A model generated the notes under the pieces. It did no database searches. It worked only from the letters and a program-made list of their open reading frames with translations, and was not told the DNA's origin. Made by a program: the position numbers and the translations under genes. Positions 46,429 to 55,740 of a DNA stretch of 64,000 nt are shown here, piece by piece. The DNA comes from Candidatus Binatia bacterium (GTDB taxonomy: Bacteria; Desulfobacterota; Binatia; Bin18): the NCBI GenBank assembly GCA_963666315.2, contig CAXXHG010000024.1:86598-150597 (forward strand), given 5' to 3'. Position 1 is the first letter of the stretch. Each line of letters begins with the position of its first letter.

Positions 46429-46640
46429 ATGGAAAACACGTCCAATTGGCCTGTCAAAAACGATGTGGTCATCATACTCGGGATTTCTCCCGGAACGGTC
46501 GAACGATATTGCGAGACGCGCAAGCTACGGACCGCCAAGCGGTTGATGCCTGGCCGGAAGGCCTTGGTGATTGTTCACCCATGAGGATGTGGCCGCGCTG
46601 GAGGCGCACGGGAGTATCGACCAGTCGAAGAGATGTAAGG
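46429..46640 (+). pseudogene. Excisionase-like HTH protein, frameshifted
   Basis: GAGGAGG/GGAG upstream; MENTSNWPVKNDVVIILGISPGTVERYCETRKLRTAKRLMPGRKALVIVHP, then a one-base shift to EDVAALEA. The 3' end is approximate. Confidence 0.55.
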
Positions 46641-46724
46641 CAGACAAAATAAAAGCCTGGAGCGGCAACTCCAGGCTTAAAAATCTTCTCGGCGTGGCTG
46701 GGAACCATCGCGAGAACAACGCTT

Positions 46725-47213
46725 TTGTTGGGTCCAGAATTAGCATGTTGTTCTTGTGCTTGTCAAATCCCACGCCAGCATCGAGAGAAGTGGAGGGGTG
46801 GTGCTGTGGCTGGACTACAACATGTGGGGCGGTTGGCGTGGAGTGATGTTCGGGTTCTCGAAGAAATCTACTATTTATGTAAACTCAGGAAGCGGAAGGG
46901 GCTGACCGCCTATTGTATTCCGGGGCGCCGCTACCTCAGCAAGAAGACCGGCTATGCAATCCGCACGGTCAGCCGGGCCACAGGCCGCTTAGAAGCGGCA
47001 GGACTCATCCAGAAAGCCCAACGACGGCCTATCCAAGGCCAATGGGCAACCAACCTCTATAAGCCCGTTCCTAAGCGATTTTGGCGACTAGCAGGCGCTC
47101 TCGGCAAAGCTTTCACTCCGCCTGATATGTCGCGTCGCAAAGCGTCTATGAACGGTGGGCCACTGGACGGGGGATTCCTATCCCGACGCGGTATTTGTCG
47201 CAAGGTACAGTAA
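46725..47213 (+). CDS. Winged-HTH protein resembling phage/plasmid replication-initiator N-termini (start uncertain, possibly truncated)
   Basis: YCIPGRRYLSKKTGYAIRTVSRATGRLEAAGLIQKAQRR...TNLY. Confidence 0.6.
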   Translation: MLGPELACCSCACQIPRQHREKWRGGAVAGLQHVGRLAWSDVRVLEEIYYLCKLRKRKGLTAYCIPGRRYLSKKTGYAIRTVSRATGRLEAAGLIQKAQRRPIQGQWATNLYKPVPKRFWRLAGALGKAFTPPDMSRRKASMNGGPLDGGFLSRRGICRKVQ

Positions 47214-47280
47214 CATACAAATGCCCCACCCTAGATAGGAGGCCATATGGTTTAGGACTATAGTCTATATAGTAAATATG

Positions 47281-47314
47281 AAAAGAAAAAGGGAGCTTCC
47301 GAAAGCCCCCTTTT
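47281..47314 (-). terminator. Rho-independent terminator of the bc operon (possibly bidirectional)
   Basis: Minus strand AAAAGGGGGCTT-TCGG-AAGCTCCC-TTTTTCTTTT. Confidence 0.8.
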
Positions 47315-47332
47315 CGCCACCAAACTAATCTT

Positions 47333-48055
47333 CTACGACTGTGACATTTCAACACTTACGCCCGCCTCTCCACCCGCTTCAACCGTCACATTTTGCATCG
47401 CCTCACCCAGCGTCTCATGCCAAAACTTCACCTCATACTCACCGGCAGGAACATCGGTCAAAGTAAATGCCCCTGATCCATCGGACACCGTGTAATACGG
47501 ATGCTCCATAACCACAATCCAGCCCTTCATCCAGCTATGGGCATCACATTCCACCCGCACGGCTTCCGGCTGCTCAAATTTCTTTTTGAGTTTTTTCCTA
47601 AATTTAGGCTGGGCTTGATTAAAGGCAGGGTTGGCTTCGCTATAACTGTGAATATTGTGCAGAATGCCGTCGTTATTCAGGATCTCCAACTCAGCCCCTA
47701 CCTGAGTAAGGGTAATATGCGGCGTATACAAACATTCTTTTTGGTCCAGGGCCATAGCCGCGCCAAATTCTTTGCCATTAGAAATATTCGTGATGGAAAC
47801 AACCACGTTCTTAAGTCCATTGCCCTCACCGACAATGAGCGACTCCTCGAATTTCGGGGTCTTGGCGCACACGTCGGCATCCTTCGTCACTTCAATCGGC
47901 TTCGGCTCTGGCGCGGTACCGGCAAACTTGACCGTTCCACTAATGGAGCCACCGCCGTTCACCGCCCCCGCGTCATAGCTCCAGGCTACAGTTGCAAACG
48001 GTAGGCTCGCTCCCACTACCAGGGCCACCAGTGTCTTCACACTCATCATACGCAT
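47333..48055 (-). CDS. Exported cupredoxin-like protein with carboxypeptidase-regulatory-like domain
   Basis: Signal peptide; LHNIH and CDAHSWM (type-1 Cu-like ligands); VPAGEYEVKFWHE. Confidence 0.8.
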   Translation of the reverse strand: MRMMSVKTLVALVVGASLPFATVAWSYDAGAVNGGGSISGTVKFAGTAPEPKPIEVTKDADVCAKTPKFEESLIVGEGNGLKNVVVSITNISNGKEFGAAMALDQKECLYTPHITLTQVGAELEILNNDGILHNIHSYSEANPAFNQAQPKFRKKLKKKFEQPEAVRVECDAHSWMKGWIVVMEHPYYTVSDGSGAFTLTDVPAGEYEVKFWHETLGEAMQNVTVEAGGEAGVSVEMSQS

Positions 48056-48067
48056 TCTTCCTCCTTG

Positions 48068-50752
48068 TCAGAGATTCGCTTCAGCTTCGACGGGAACCAC
48101 GCCATTCGTCTCGGTAAACGGGGCCTCAAGACCCAGCAACATAATATAGTCGCGCATGGCAACAATTTGTTTGTCTTCGTCACCATCAAAGATATCCTCA
48201 GGGCCACCCGGGTAAAACGTGGGCATCTTGGTGTTCGCCATCAGCGCCGAGGGGTCCTTAATCCATTCGACTATCCATGCAGGATTAAGGCGCTCTTTGG
48301 CCAGACCTAAATCCGGTGCCCAACCGTCCGGCGGGCCTTCGGGTTTCTGATCACCTTGTTGATGGCAAGAGAAGCAGGCAAAGTAGTCATTTGACATTAG
48401 GACATTGCCGGCGTGCACCATGTCCGGCGACGTCTGGGCACGATCAAAATAGGTGAACGGGATTTCCACCTTACTCAAGGCATTAAAATAGCTGACAACA
48501 CCGCTGGCTTCAGCATCCGCAAAGTGAAACGTCGGCATCCGCAGCTGGAGCCAGGGACGGATAGGCACCGGCTGTTTGAGAAATCCGTAGAACCAATCGG
48601 ATTGGACTTTTTGTCCCTCCCCCGTCAAAATTGGCGGGGCAAAGGCAGGATTATCAAGATACAGCGAGCGAATATCCCCGCCTCGGCCCTCAATCACATG
48701 ACACCCGGTGCAGTTATAGTACTGCACTAAGCGCTGGCCTGCGACAATCGGATCAGTCCACTCATCATGCAGGGTATACCGCTCAGGCACCGGACGTCCG
48801 GTGCGACTGGTGAGAAACACCCGCAGTAAGTTGATGTCTTCATCCACGAAATTAAACCACGGCATGAGCTGTTCTATCCGCTCGGTCGCATAGCCACGCG
48901 GACTATTGATCTTTTCATACGTCCAGTCGTCCCACGTCTCCGGAACGTCAGTACGATTCCCAAAAAACAACTCCTCCAGACTCTTTTCTCCAAAAGTAGT
49001 CAGCTCGACACCAATACGCGCCTCCTTCTCCATGCCAGGGATTTCGTGGCAGCCGTGGCAACCGTAGGTGCGTACCAAGCCCTCGCCTGCGCGGATGAGC
49101 TCCGGATCATCAAGTTCCGCACGGATATCGGGACGCTCGGTGTCTGTTTTAAGGGTTAACAGATAGGACACGATAGCCTGAGCTTCTTCATCGCTGAGGC
49201 GCAGGTCAGGCATGGCCGTATGAGGCGAGTAGTCGCGAGGATTCTTGATCCAATGAAACAGCCAACGCGCATTAGTCTTTTCCGCAACTCGGGCCAGGTT
49301 CGGCGCGAAATTCTTATTCTGCCCAACCAGGGTGGCCGTCTGACCGGCCTGGAATCCATGACAGCCACGGCAGCCGAGTGCATTCACCAAGGTTTCGCCT
49401 TCCTGGACCAATGCGGCACTATTCGGGTCAATGCCAGCGGGCTCAGGGTGAGAATCCAGCCATGCCTGACCTTCTTCCTGGCTCGCCCGCAGAAGATAGG
49501 CAGCGATAGCCCGGCCTTGGTCTTTGTTGAAGAGAAAATTCGGCATACGGGTATGAGGTCGAAATTCATGCGGATTGGTCACCCACTCGACCATCCACGC
49601 CGGATCGGTTTTCGCGCCAACGCGCCGTAAATACGGCCCGATTTTTTTGGCATTGCCGTACCCTTCGACCAGATGGCAGCCGGTACAGCCCAGCTGCATA
49701 AAAAGCTGCTCGCCGCGTGCAATCTTGTGCCCAATCGGCCTCCCGGTCGCAACGGTTTGAATATCCGTGTGACAGCTAATGCAGTTCGATTCTATCTTCG
49801 GACCGAGCAGCAACGGATGTGGCCAGAACTGCACATATCCGTGCGCCTTATCGACACTACTCGTCGCAACGCCTTGACCGTTGTGACATGCGGTACAGCC
49901 AAACGATTCGGGCGGATGGTTGCCCAGCAGCAGCTCAAAATTCGGATGCGTCTTATGTGGGTTGGGCTGGTCCTCAAAACCACGTCTCTCGATGCCCACA
50001 TGACACGACTGACACCGGTCAACGCGCGACAGGGCGGTGTCGAAATTCCCTTCATCAAATTCCCGTACCACCACTTGCTTGATGGCCGGGATATTGGGAA
50101 TAACAAGCCCACCGAAGGGCCGCATGACATAATTCTCTATGCGTTGGGCAATAAACTCTTTGGCCTGGTTCATCTCGCCAACGGTGTTTTGCGCTGTGAG
50201 GATGCGCGCATTGATCTCGTTGATCTCGTTTTCAATCCGATTCCGCTCAGATTCTTCTGTCAGAAAGATTTTCTCGAGCGCCATATCTTCCGCTTCGAGG
50301 GCATCCAGAAGGACTTTCTCCGCCTTGGTTGAGTGCTCAAGTTGAATCGCGTGGTTATACTCATACCAGGCAGCCTCAATTTCACTCCGCACGACGCGCA
50401 GAGCATTCTCGCTCTCACTCGTCCGAATTTCTGCTGTCACAAATTCGGTCTGCAGGGTGACTAAGCGTTGGCCGCCTGCTCCGCCAGTGACGTCACTGTG
50501 CGCCGCTTCTAACGTGGCCAGCGCTTCTTGGTAGGCTGGATCAGCCGCCAGACGCTCCTCTTCGGCTTGGAGCTCGGCCATCGTCTTGGTATACGCAATC
50601 ATCGAGAACTGTGCCTGGTATTTCTTCCACGGACGGCGCGAGACAGAGTCGTCCCAGATCGACCAAACCGATCCGATGAGCAATAACCCGATTGCCAGGA
50701 GAAAGACCCCACTATACGATTTTTTCTCGTCGTCAATTTCTCTGCGTGCCAT
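48068..50752 (-). CDS. Membrane-anchored octaheme cytochrome c of the bc complex
   Basis: N-terminal TM, coiled coil and eight CxxCH motifs (CQSCH, CTACH, CISCH, CTGCH, CRGCH, CHGCH, CTGCH, CFSCH). Confidence 0.92.
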   Translation of the reverse strand: MARREIDDEKKSYSGVFLLAIGLLLIGSVWSIWDDSVSRRPWKKYQAQFSMIAYTKTMAELQAEEERLAADPAYQEALATLEAAHSDVTGGAGGQRLVTLQTEFVTAEIRTSESENALRVVRSEIEAAWYEYNHAIQLEHSTKAEKVLLDALEAEDMALEKIFLTEESERNRIENEINEINARILTAQNTVGEMNQAKEFIAQRIENYVMRPFGGLVIPNIPAIKQVVVREFDEGNFDTALSRVDRCQSCHVGIERRGFEDQPNPHKTHPNFELLLGNHPPESFGCTACHNGQGVATSSVDKAHGYVQFWPHPLLLGPKIESNCISCHTDIQTVATGRPIGHKIARGEQLFMQLGCTGCHLVEGYGNAKKIGPYLRRVGAKTDPAWMVEWVTNPHEFRPHTRMPNFLFNKDQGRAIAAYLLRASQEEGQAWLDSHPEPAGIDPNSAALVQEGETLVNALGCRGCHGFQAGQTATLVGQNKNFAPNLARVAEKTNARWLFHWIKNPRDYSPHTAMPDLRLSDEEAQAIVSYLLTLKTDTERPDIRAELDDPELIRAGEGLVRTYGCHGCHEIPGMEKEARIGVELTTFGEKSLEELFFGNRTDVPETWDDWTYEKINSPRGYATERIEQLMPWFNFVDEDINLLRVFLTSRTGRPVPERYTLHDEWTDPIVAGQRLVQYYNCTGCHVIEGRGGDIRSLYLDNPAFAPPILTGEGQKVQSDWFYGFLKQPVPIRPWLQLRMPTFHFADAEASGVVSYFNALSKVEIPFTYFDRAQTSPDMVHAGNVLMSNDYFACFSCHQQGDQKPEGPPDGWAPDLGLAKERLNPAWIVEWIKDPSALMANTKMPTFYPGGPEDIFDGDEDKQIVAMRDYIMLLGLEAPFTETNGVVPVEAEANL

Positions 50753-50764
50753 AACGATTCACTG

Positions 50765-50938
50765 TTACACCATGGTCCGATTCTCAAGATAGCGACCCAG
50801 ATAGAACACTCCAGTCCCTATGCCTAACAGCCACAACTCTTTCCCCATACTTTTTTCTTCAGTCAAACCGACGAATAAGGCGTAGCCGACATCGGCCAAG
50901 CCAAATGCCTGAAGAAACTTGGCCAAATAGAACAACAT
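50765..50938 (-). CDS. Small 2-TM protein in the bc operon (57 aa)
   Basis: TGATG overlap with the upstream gene; MLFYLAKFLQAFGLADVGYALFVGL...LWLLGIGTGVFYLGRYLE. Confidence 0.75.
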   Translation of the reverse strand: MLFYLAKFLQAFGLADVGYALFVGLTEEKSMGKELWLLGIGTGVFYLGRYLENRTMV

Positions 50939-51735
50939 CAGACATTAATCCACGGGGTCACTAAAATATATTTCACATTCAAAATATGGCGCAGCAGCAT
51001 TTTGATAAACACGGCTATCATATTCAGCGTCAGAAAAGATGTTAAGAAAAACCGAGCAGCTCCCCAACGCTGCATAAACGCACGTCCCTTGATCCTCACT
51101 ATCCACCAGTGCATGCCAGCCGTCCCGACCACAAAGTATCCGACAATAAGACTCAGCCCGAAGATCGCAGCCGTTGTGTAGTCACGAATGCCGAAAAGAT
51201 ACGGCAAGTCTTGGTTGGTGAGCGCTTCAACCAGGTGAGCGTCCCATATTTCGCCCGGCCAAAACCAGTTCCAGCCCGGCCCCCGGACAAAGGTGCCGAT
51301 CATGATGGTCGATATCCATAAGACATGAAAGCCGAACATAAAGGTCAGAATTTCGTATTTACGCTGCCTAAATGTGTAATAGCCATTCCCCTTGGGATTA
51401 ATGTCAATATAGGGAATCACCATCAACCCCATAATAATGAAACTCGGCGCCACCACGCCGGCATGCCACGGGTCGAAAAAGACCAAGATCTCTTGCAAGC
51501 CGAGAAAATACCAGGGCGCTTTCGACGGGTTAGGCGTCCGACCAGGATCCGCCGGTTCCTCGAGAGGCGCATCCACAAGCAACGACCACACCAGGAGAAG
51601 GATAATGACGAAAAGCGTACACAGAAACTCAGAGCGAACGAGATACGGCCAGGTGTGGACTTTATCATCACCCGGACCGGTGGACTTTTTGAGCAAGACT
51701 TCAACACGTGTGTCAGCTGACCTCGCTTCCGCCAT
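50938..51735 (-). CDS. Cytochrome b C-terminal/subunit IV-like protein
   Basis: APLEEPADP..TPNPSKAPWYFLGLQE and PYID motifs. Confidence 0.9.
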   Translation of the reverse strand: MAEARSADTRVEVLLKKSTGPGDDKVHTWPYLVRSEFLCTLFVIILLLVWSLLVDAPLEEPADPGRTPNPSKAPWYFLGLQEILVFFDPWHAGVVAPSFIIMGLMVIPYIDINPKGNGYYTFRQRKYEILTFMFGFHVLWISTIMIGTFVRGPGWNWFWPGEIWDAHLVEALTNQDLPYLFGIRDYTTAAIFGLSLIVGYFVVGTAGMHWWIVRIKGRAFMQRWGAARFFLTSFLTLNMIAVFIKMLLRHILNVKYILVTPWINV

Positions 51736-51750
51736 AACAGCCTCCAGTTT

Positions 51751-51843
51751 TTACGTGTCGTCCGAAGACGGTTTGGGCTTGGCAGCTAGGTATAAGAGCC
51801 AGCTGATCACGCCAATGAGAACAGGAATCACGAGTACACGCAT
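51751..51843 (-). CDS. 30-aa single-TM peptide in the bc operon
   Basis: GAGGAGG RBS; MRVLVIPVLIGVISWLLYLAAKPKPSSDDT. Confidence 0.65.
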   Translation of the reverse strand: MRVLVIPVLIGVISWLLYLAAKPKPSSDDT

Positions 51844-51855
51844 AACTGACCTCCT

Positions 51856-52629
51856 CTATAGAGCCGGCCCGGAAATGCCATCACGCCGAATGCGCCAGAA
51901 ATGGACCGCCAAAAATAAGCTGGTCACCAGGGGAATAAAGATACAGTGCAAAATATAGAACCGCAGCAGCGTATGGGCGCCTATCTCCCCCCCACCAAAC
52001 AGAAAGGCGCGGGCATCGTAAATCGGATTCACCCCAAGGAGTTCGGCAAACGGTCCTTCGTTGCCAAGCAACGGTGTGGCGCGACCCATATTTGAACCCA
52101 CGGAAACCGCCCAAATAGAGAGTTGGTCCCAGGGTAAGAGGTAGCCGGTGAAGGAGAGTAGCAACGTCAAGACTAACAGGATTACGCCAACCAGCCAGTT
52201 AAACTCGCGCGGAGGTTTATACGAGCCGGTCATAAAAACACGAAACATATGCAGCCACACCGCGATAACCATACCGTGGGCTGACCAGCGGTGCATATTG
52301 CGCATCAACATGCCAAACGGCATGTCGAATTCGAGATATTTAATGTCAGCGTAGGCATATTCGGCAACGGGCCGGTAGTAAAACATGAGATACACACCGG
52401 TCACCACGGTCACCAAATACATCAAAAACGTAATCCCGCCCATACACCAGGTAAAACGCAGTCGGGTGGCATGCTTGCGTACTTTCGAGGGATGCAAGTG
52501 GAGCCATACGTTTCCGGAGACCATTAAGATCCGGTTCCGCGGCGTGTCTTCGTAGCCGTGACGAAAAATCGACTGCCACACCTGCGATTCCATGACTTGG
52601 CGTTTGAGTTCATCAAATTGGCTACTCAT
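51856..52629 (-). CDS. Cytochrome b6-like N-terminal subunit
   Basis: WCMGG (heme ci Cys), RNMHRWSAH, HMFRVF, FTGYLLPWDQ, RFYILH. Confidence 0.93.
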   Translation of the reverse strand: MSSQFDELKRQVMESQVWQSIFRHGYEDTPRNRILMVSGNVWLHLHPSKVRKHATRLRFTWCMGGITFLMYLVTVVTGVYLMFYYRPVAEYAYADIKYLEFDMPFGMLMRNMHRWSAHGMVIAVWLHMFRVFMTGSYKPPREFNWLVGVILLVLTLLLSFTGYLLPWDQLSIWAVSVGSNMGRATPLLGNEGPFAELLGVNPIYDARAFLFGGGEIGAHTLLRFYILHCIFIPLVTSLFLAVHFWRIRRDGISGPAL

Positions 52630-52683
52630 ACTGCTCCTAGCTCATTATCCACCGACTGTTCGCTCCCCTCACTGTTACACAGC

Positions 52684-53286
52684 CTAAATACGGAGAATGC
52701 TGTCAGGGTGTTGCTTGTTTGGATCAGCGCCCGGCTTCATTTTATAGACCTTGCTTTTGTCTACCACCAGCTGGCCGTCATCGGACAGCGATAGCTTAAA
52801 GCGATCCATGGGGCGCGGGGCAGGACCTTCAAAATTATATCCCGTGCGGTAATAGCCACTCCCGTGGCAGGGGCATTTATATTTACTCTCTGCGGACGAC
52901 CAGCGCGGGGTACAACCAAGATGGGTACATTTGGCAAAAATAGCATAAAACCCTTGTGGCTCTCGCACAATCCACACGCGCTGCGATGACCGATACTTCT
53001 CGCTGACCTCGCCTACCGGGTAATCACCCGGATAGCCAGCTTTGAACGTTGCAGGCGGAACGAATAATACCCGCGGGAAGGCTGAGCGAACAAACGCCAG
53101 CAAGCCCACCAAGGAAACAATACCGAATCCACCCCAACTGAGCCGGCCAAAGAAATCGCGCCGCGACCACAGGCCTCCTCTGCGGGCCCGTTCACGCACC
53201 CGCTTCTGGCGCTCCTCGCGCTGCTCGACCCGCCGTCGCGCTTCTATTTCTTGGAGTTCTTCAGGTGAGATTGGTTTTTTTGCCAT
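52684..53286 (-). CDS. Rieske iron-sulfur subunit
   Basis: SRRDFF Tat-like motif, CTHLGC, CPCHGS, GPAPRP. Confidence 0.95.
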   Translation of the reverse strand: MAKKPISPEELQEIEARRRVEQREERQKRVRERARRGGLWSRRDFFGRLSWGGFGIVSLVGLLAFVRSAFPRVLFVPPATFKAGYPGDYPVGEVSEKYRSSQRVWIVREPQGFYAIFAKCTHLGCTPRWSSAESKYKCPCHGSGYYRTGYNFEGPAPRPMDRFKLSLSDDGQLVVDKSKVYKMKPGADPNKQHPDSILRI

Positions 53287-53352
53287 GGCGTATACTCCTT
53301 CATGTCTCGTACCGATTAACCGCCCTGCTCCTCATAATCCCTCATCAACAGT

Positions 53353-53712
53353 CTACTTTCTACGGAACATCAGGGCTAACCAGCCCCCTACTCCCATCAC
53401 CACCGCAAGCAGCAGCATCGCCAACCCAACGGGCGCAAAGAGCGGGAGTAAAATGATACCGATGAGGAGAAATGGAATGCTCAGAGCGGCTACGCTGAAG
53501 GGCGGAGTCTGTTCAGTCTCGTCCTCCCTCGTGGGCCCTTCCGTCAGCACTGTTTCGGTCTCGCCTTGTATAAGGCTCACGGCGTACTCGCGCAGTTCAT
53601 CGCGCGCACCTGTCCCGCCTTCATTGATCAGGCCGGATAACTCTTTAGTCAGCCCCTCGATTTTTTCTTCGAGTTCCCGACCCTGCGCTGGTTTTTGCGC
53701 TTCTTCTGCCAC
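53353..53712 (-). CDS. Hypothetical membrane protein
   Basis: Acidic N-terminal region and two C-terminal TM helices. Confidence 0.7.
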   Translation of the reverse strand: MAEEAQKPAQGRELEEKIEGLTKELSGLINEGGTGARDELREYAVSLIQGETETVLTEGPTREDETEQTPPFSVAALSIPFLLIGIILLPLFAPVGLAMLLLAVVMGVGGWLALMFRRK

Positions 53713-53871
53713 AAAGTTTCGCCGTTTTCTTGGCCGAATTAGTAACGGGCCGCCCCCAAATCGTCAACTCCCCCCGCACGCACAGCGTCGGCTTCTCCCG
53801 TCTTCGCTATCCACGGTTTTTCGCACCCATCAGCATCACAATAGCGGAAGCAGACGGGCTCAACAAATCTG

Positions 53872-55152
53872 CTAAGCGGGCCACTCGATTTTCTCCAACC
53901 CGCCCATATAGGATCGCAGCACCGTAGGTATCAAGACACCGCCGTCTTCCTGCTGATAGTGTTCAAGAATCGCAATAACGACCCGCGGCAGAGCGAGTCC
54001 GGAACCGTTCACGGTATGGATAAGATCGGGCTTCGCACCCGGCTTCGCACGATAGCGTATCCTCGCCCGCCGGGCTTGAAAGTCTCGGAAATTCGAGCAC
54101 GAACTGACTTCAAGCCATTCCTCACACCCCGGCGCCCACATCTCTACGTCATATTTGCAGGCTGCGACGAAGCTGAGATCACCCGTACACATCTGCACCA
54201 CGCGATACGGGATCTCAAGCCGCCGGCAGACATCTTCGGCATTGTCAATTAAGGATATCAACTCCTGATCAGAGGAGGACGGTTCAACAAATTTTACCAT
54301 TTCCACCTTATCGAACTGGTGCCCGCGTTTAATGCCGCGCACATCGCGACCGGCTGACATTTTCTCGCGCCGAAAGCACGGGGTATACGCCACGTGGTAG
54401 ATGGGAAGTTTTCCGGGTTCGATAATCTCGTCCCGGTACATATTGGTGACCGGCACCTCGGCGGTCGGAATAAACCAGAAGTCCTCCTCAATATCGCGAT
54501 AAAGATTCTCACCGAATTTAGGCAGGTTACCAGTCCCAATTAAACACTCTTGTTTCACCATGACCGGCGGATAGACCTCGGTATAGCCATGTTCAGTAAT
54601 ATGCAGATCCAGCATCCAGTTGATCAGTGCACGCTGCAGTCTGGCCCCCGCGCCCTTCAAAACGTAGAAACGTGAGCCCGAGATTTTGACCCCACGCGCA
54701 AAGTCAATAATATCCAGATCTTCTCCGATTTCCCAATGGGGCCGAGGCGAGAAGGAAAACGACGGCAGTGCGCCCACGGTTCGGCTGACAATATTTTCTT
54801 CTTCGTCCTTCCCGACCGGGACATCGGGATGCGGGAGATTCGGTATCTCTAAGAGACGGCGCTGAAAATCCGCTTCCAGTTCGGACACCTGTTCTTCGTG
54901 TTGGCCAATACGATCGCCAAGCGCACGCATGGCCCGGACCGCGGCCTCACGCTCATCCGCATCGGCGATCTTTCGGATTTCCTGGGAACGCTGGGTGCGC
55001 TCCGCACGTAAGGATTCTACGGTGTTGATCCCGCTTCGCCGCTGGCGATCAGCCTCAAGTAAGGCATCGATATCGGCACTCGGGAAACCGACTGTCTCAA
55101 GCTGCGCTTTCACCTGCTGAGGGTTGTCTCGGATGAGTTTAATATCAAGCAT
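53872..55152 (-). CDS. serS: Seryl-tRNA synthetase
   Basis: MLDIKLIR, PTAEVP, CFRRE, HQFDKVE, EVSSCSN, NGSGLALPR. Confidence 0.97.
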   Translation of the reverse strand: MLDIKLIRDNPQQVKAQLETVGFPSADIDALLEADRQRRSGINTVESLRAERTQRSQEIRKIADADEREAAVRAMRALGDRIGQHEEQVSELEADFQRRLLEIPNLPHPDVPVGKDEEENIVSRTVGALPSFSFSPRPHWEIGEDLDIIDFARGVKISGSRFYVLKGAGARLQRALINWMLDLHITEHGYTEVYPPVMVKQECLIGTGNLPKFGENLYRDIEEDFWFIPTAEVPVTNMYRDEIIEPGKLPIYHVAYTPCFRREKMSAGRDVRGIKRGHQFDKVEMVKFVEPSSSDQELISLIDNAEDVCRRLEIPYRVVQMCTGDLSFVAACKYDVEMWAPGCEEWLEVSSCSNFRDFQARRARIRYRAKPGAKPDLIHTVNGSGLALPRVVIAILEHYQQEDGGVLIPTVLRSYMGGLEKIEWPA

Positions 55153-55160
55153 ACCGTCCT

Positions 55161-55541
55161 CTACCAGGCCGCGGGTAATTCAAGCGCGCCTTTGATATGT
55201 GTCAGTTTTGCCCTATCGTCTTCGCCCAGAATGCCAATGACGTCAAAGCATGCGGTCGTGTCGGGAAGATTGAAGCGCGACAGGTAGTGCAATGCGGCCG
55301 TGGCAATTTGGCGTTGTTTACGTTGATTGATTGAAGCAAGCGGGTCTCCAAACAGCGCCTGGCTATGCGATCGGACTTCCACAAATACCATGGTCTCACG
55401 ATCGCGTACCACCAAATCAATCTCCCCGCGTGGACAGCGATAATTACGGCCTAGGATCGTATATCCAAGGTCGCATAAAAATTGCTCAGCACGCTGCTCG
55501 CCGCGTTGGCCCCGCACGCGTCGCTGGTCGCCCCTCACCAT
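55161..55541 (-). CDS. YraN family protein
   Basis: G..GE..A..L, NYRCPRGEIDLV, VFVEVR, FDVI. Confidence 0.9.
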   Translation of the reverse strand: MVRGDQRRVRGQRGEQRAEQFLCDLGYTILGRNYRCPRGEIDLVVRDRETMVFVEVRSHSQALFGDPLASINQRKQRQIATAALHYLSRFNLPDTTACFDVIGILGEDDRAKLTHIKGALELPAAW

Positions 55542-55616
55542 ACTGCATAGGGTAACTGACACCGCTCAGCTGGATCAAGGCCGCTCGATACCGTCCGCGT
55601 TGAATTGCGGGCAGCG

Positions 55617-55740
55617 GTGTGACACACTGACGGCGATACTACACGGTATTGAGGAAGGTCAGTGTATCACCAAAGCGTGTGACACACTGACGCCAATACT
55701 ACACAGCACTGAGGCAAGAACTGAATGCGTATCACCAAGG
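55617..55740 (+). repeat. Imperfect 60-bp tandem duplication of the gatC upstream and start region
   Basis: GTGTGACACACTGACG..ATACTACAC...TGAGG...GTATCACCAA occurs at 55617 and 55677. Confidence 0.8.

Larger units (their letters stand above)
44955..47280. mobile_element. Decayed dif-adjacent island (possible Xer-exploiting element or plasmid remnant)
   Basis: Low coding density, an HTH excisionase-like remnant, an HTH replication-like ORF and repeated palindromes. Confidence 0.5.

Noticed and set aside
53042-53875. Long antisense ORFs (also 5426-6241, 11594-12316, 28876-29517, 49673-50332)
   Set aside because: They overlap well-supported genes on the opposite strand and show no recognisable motifs.
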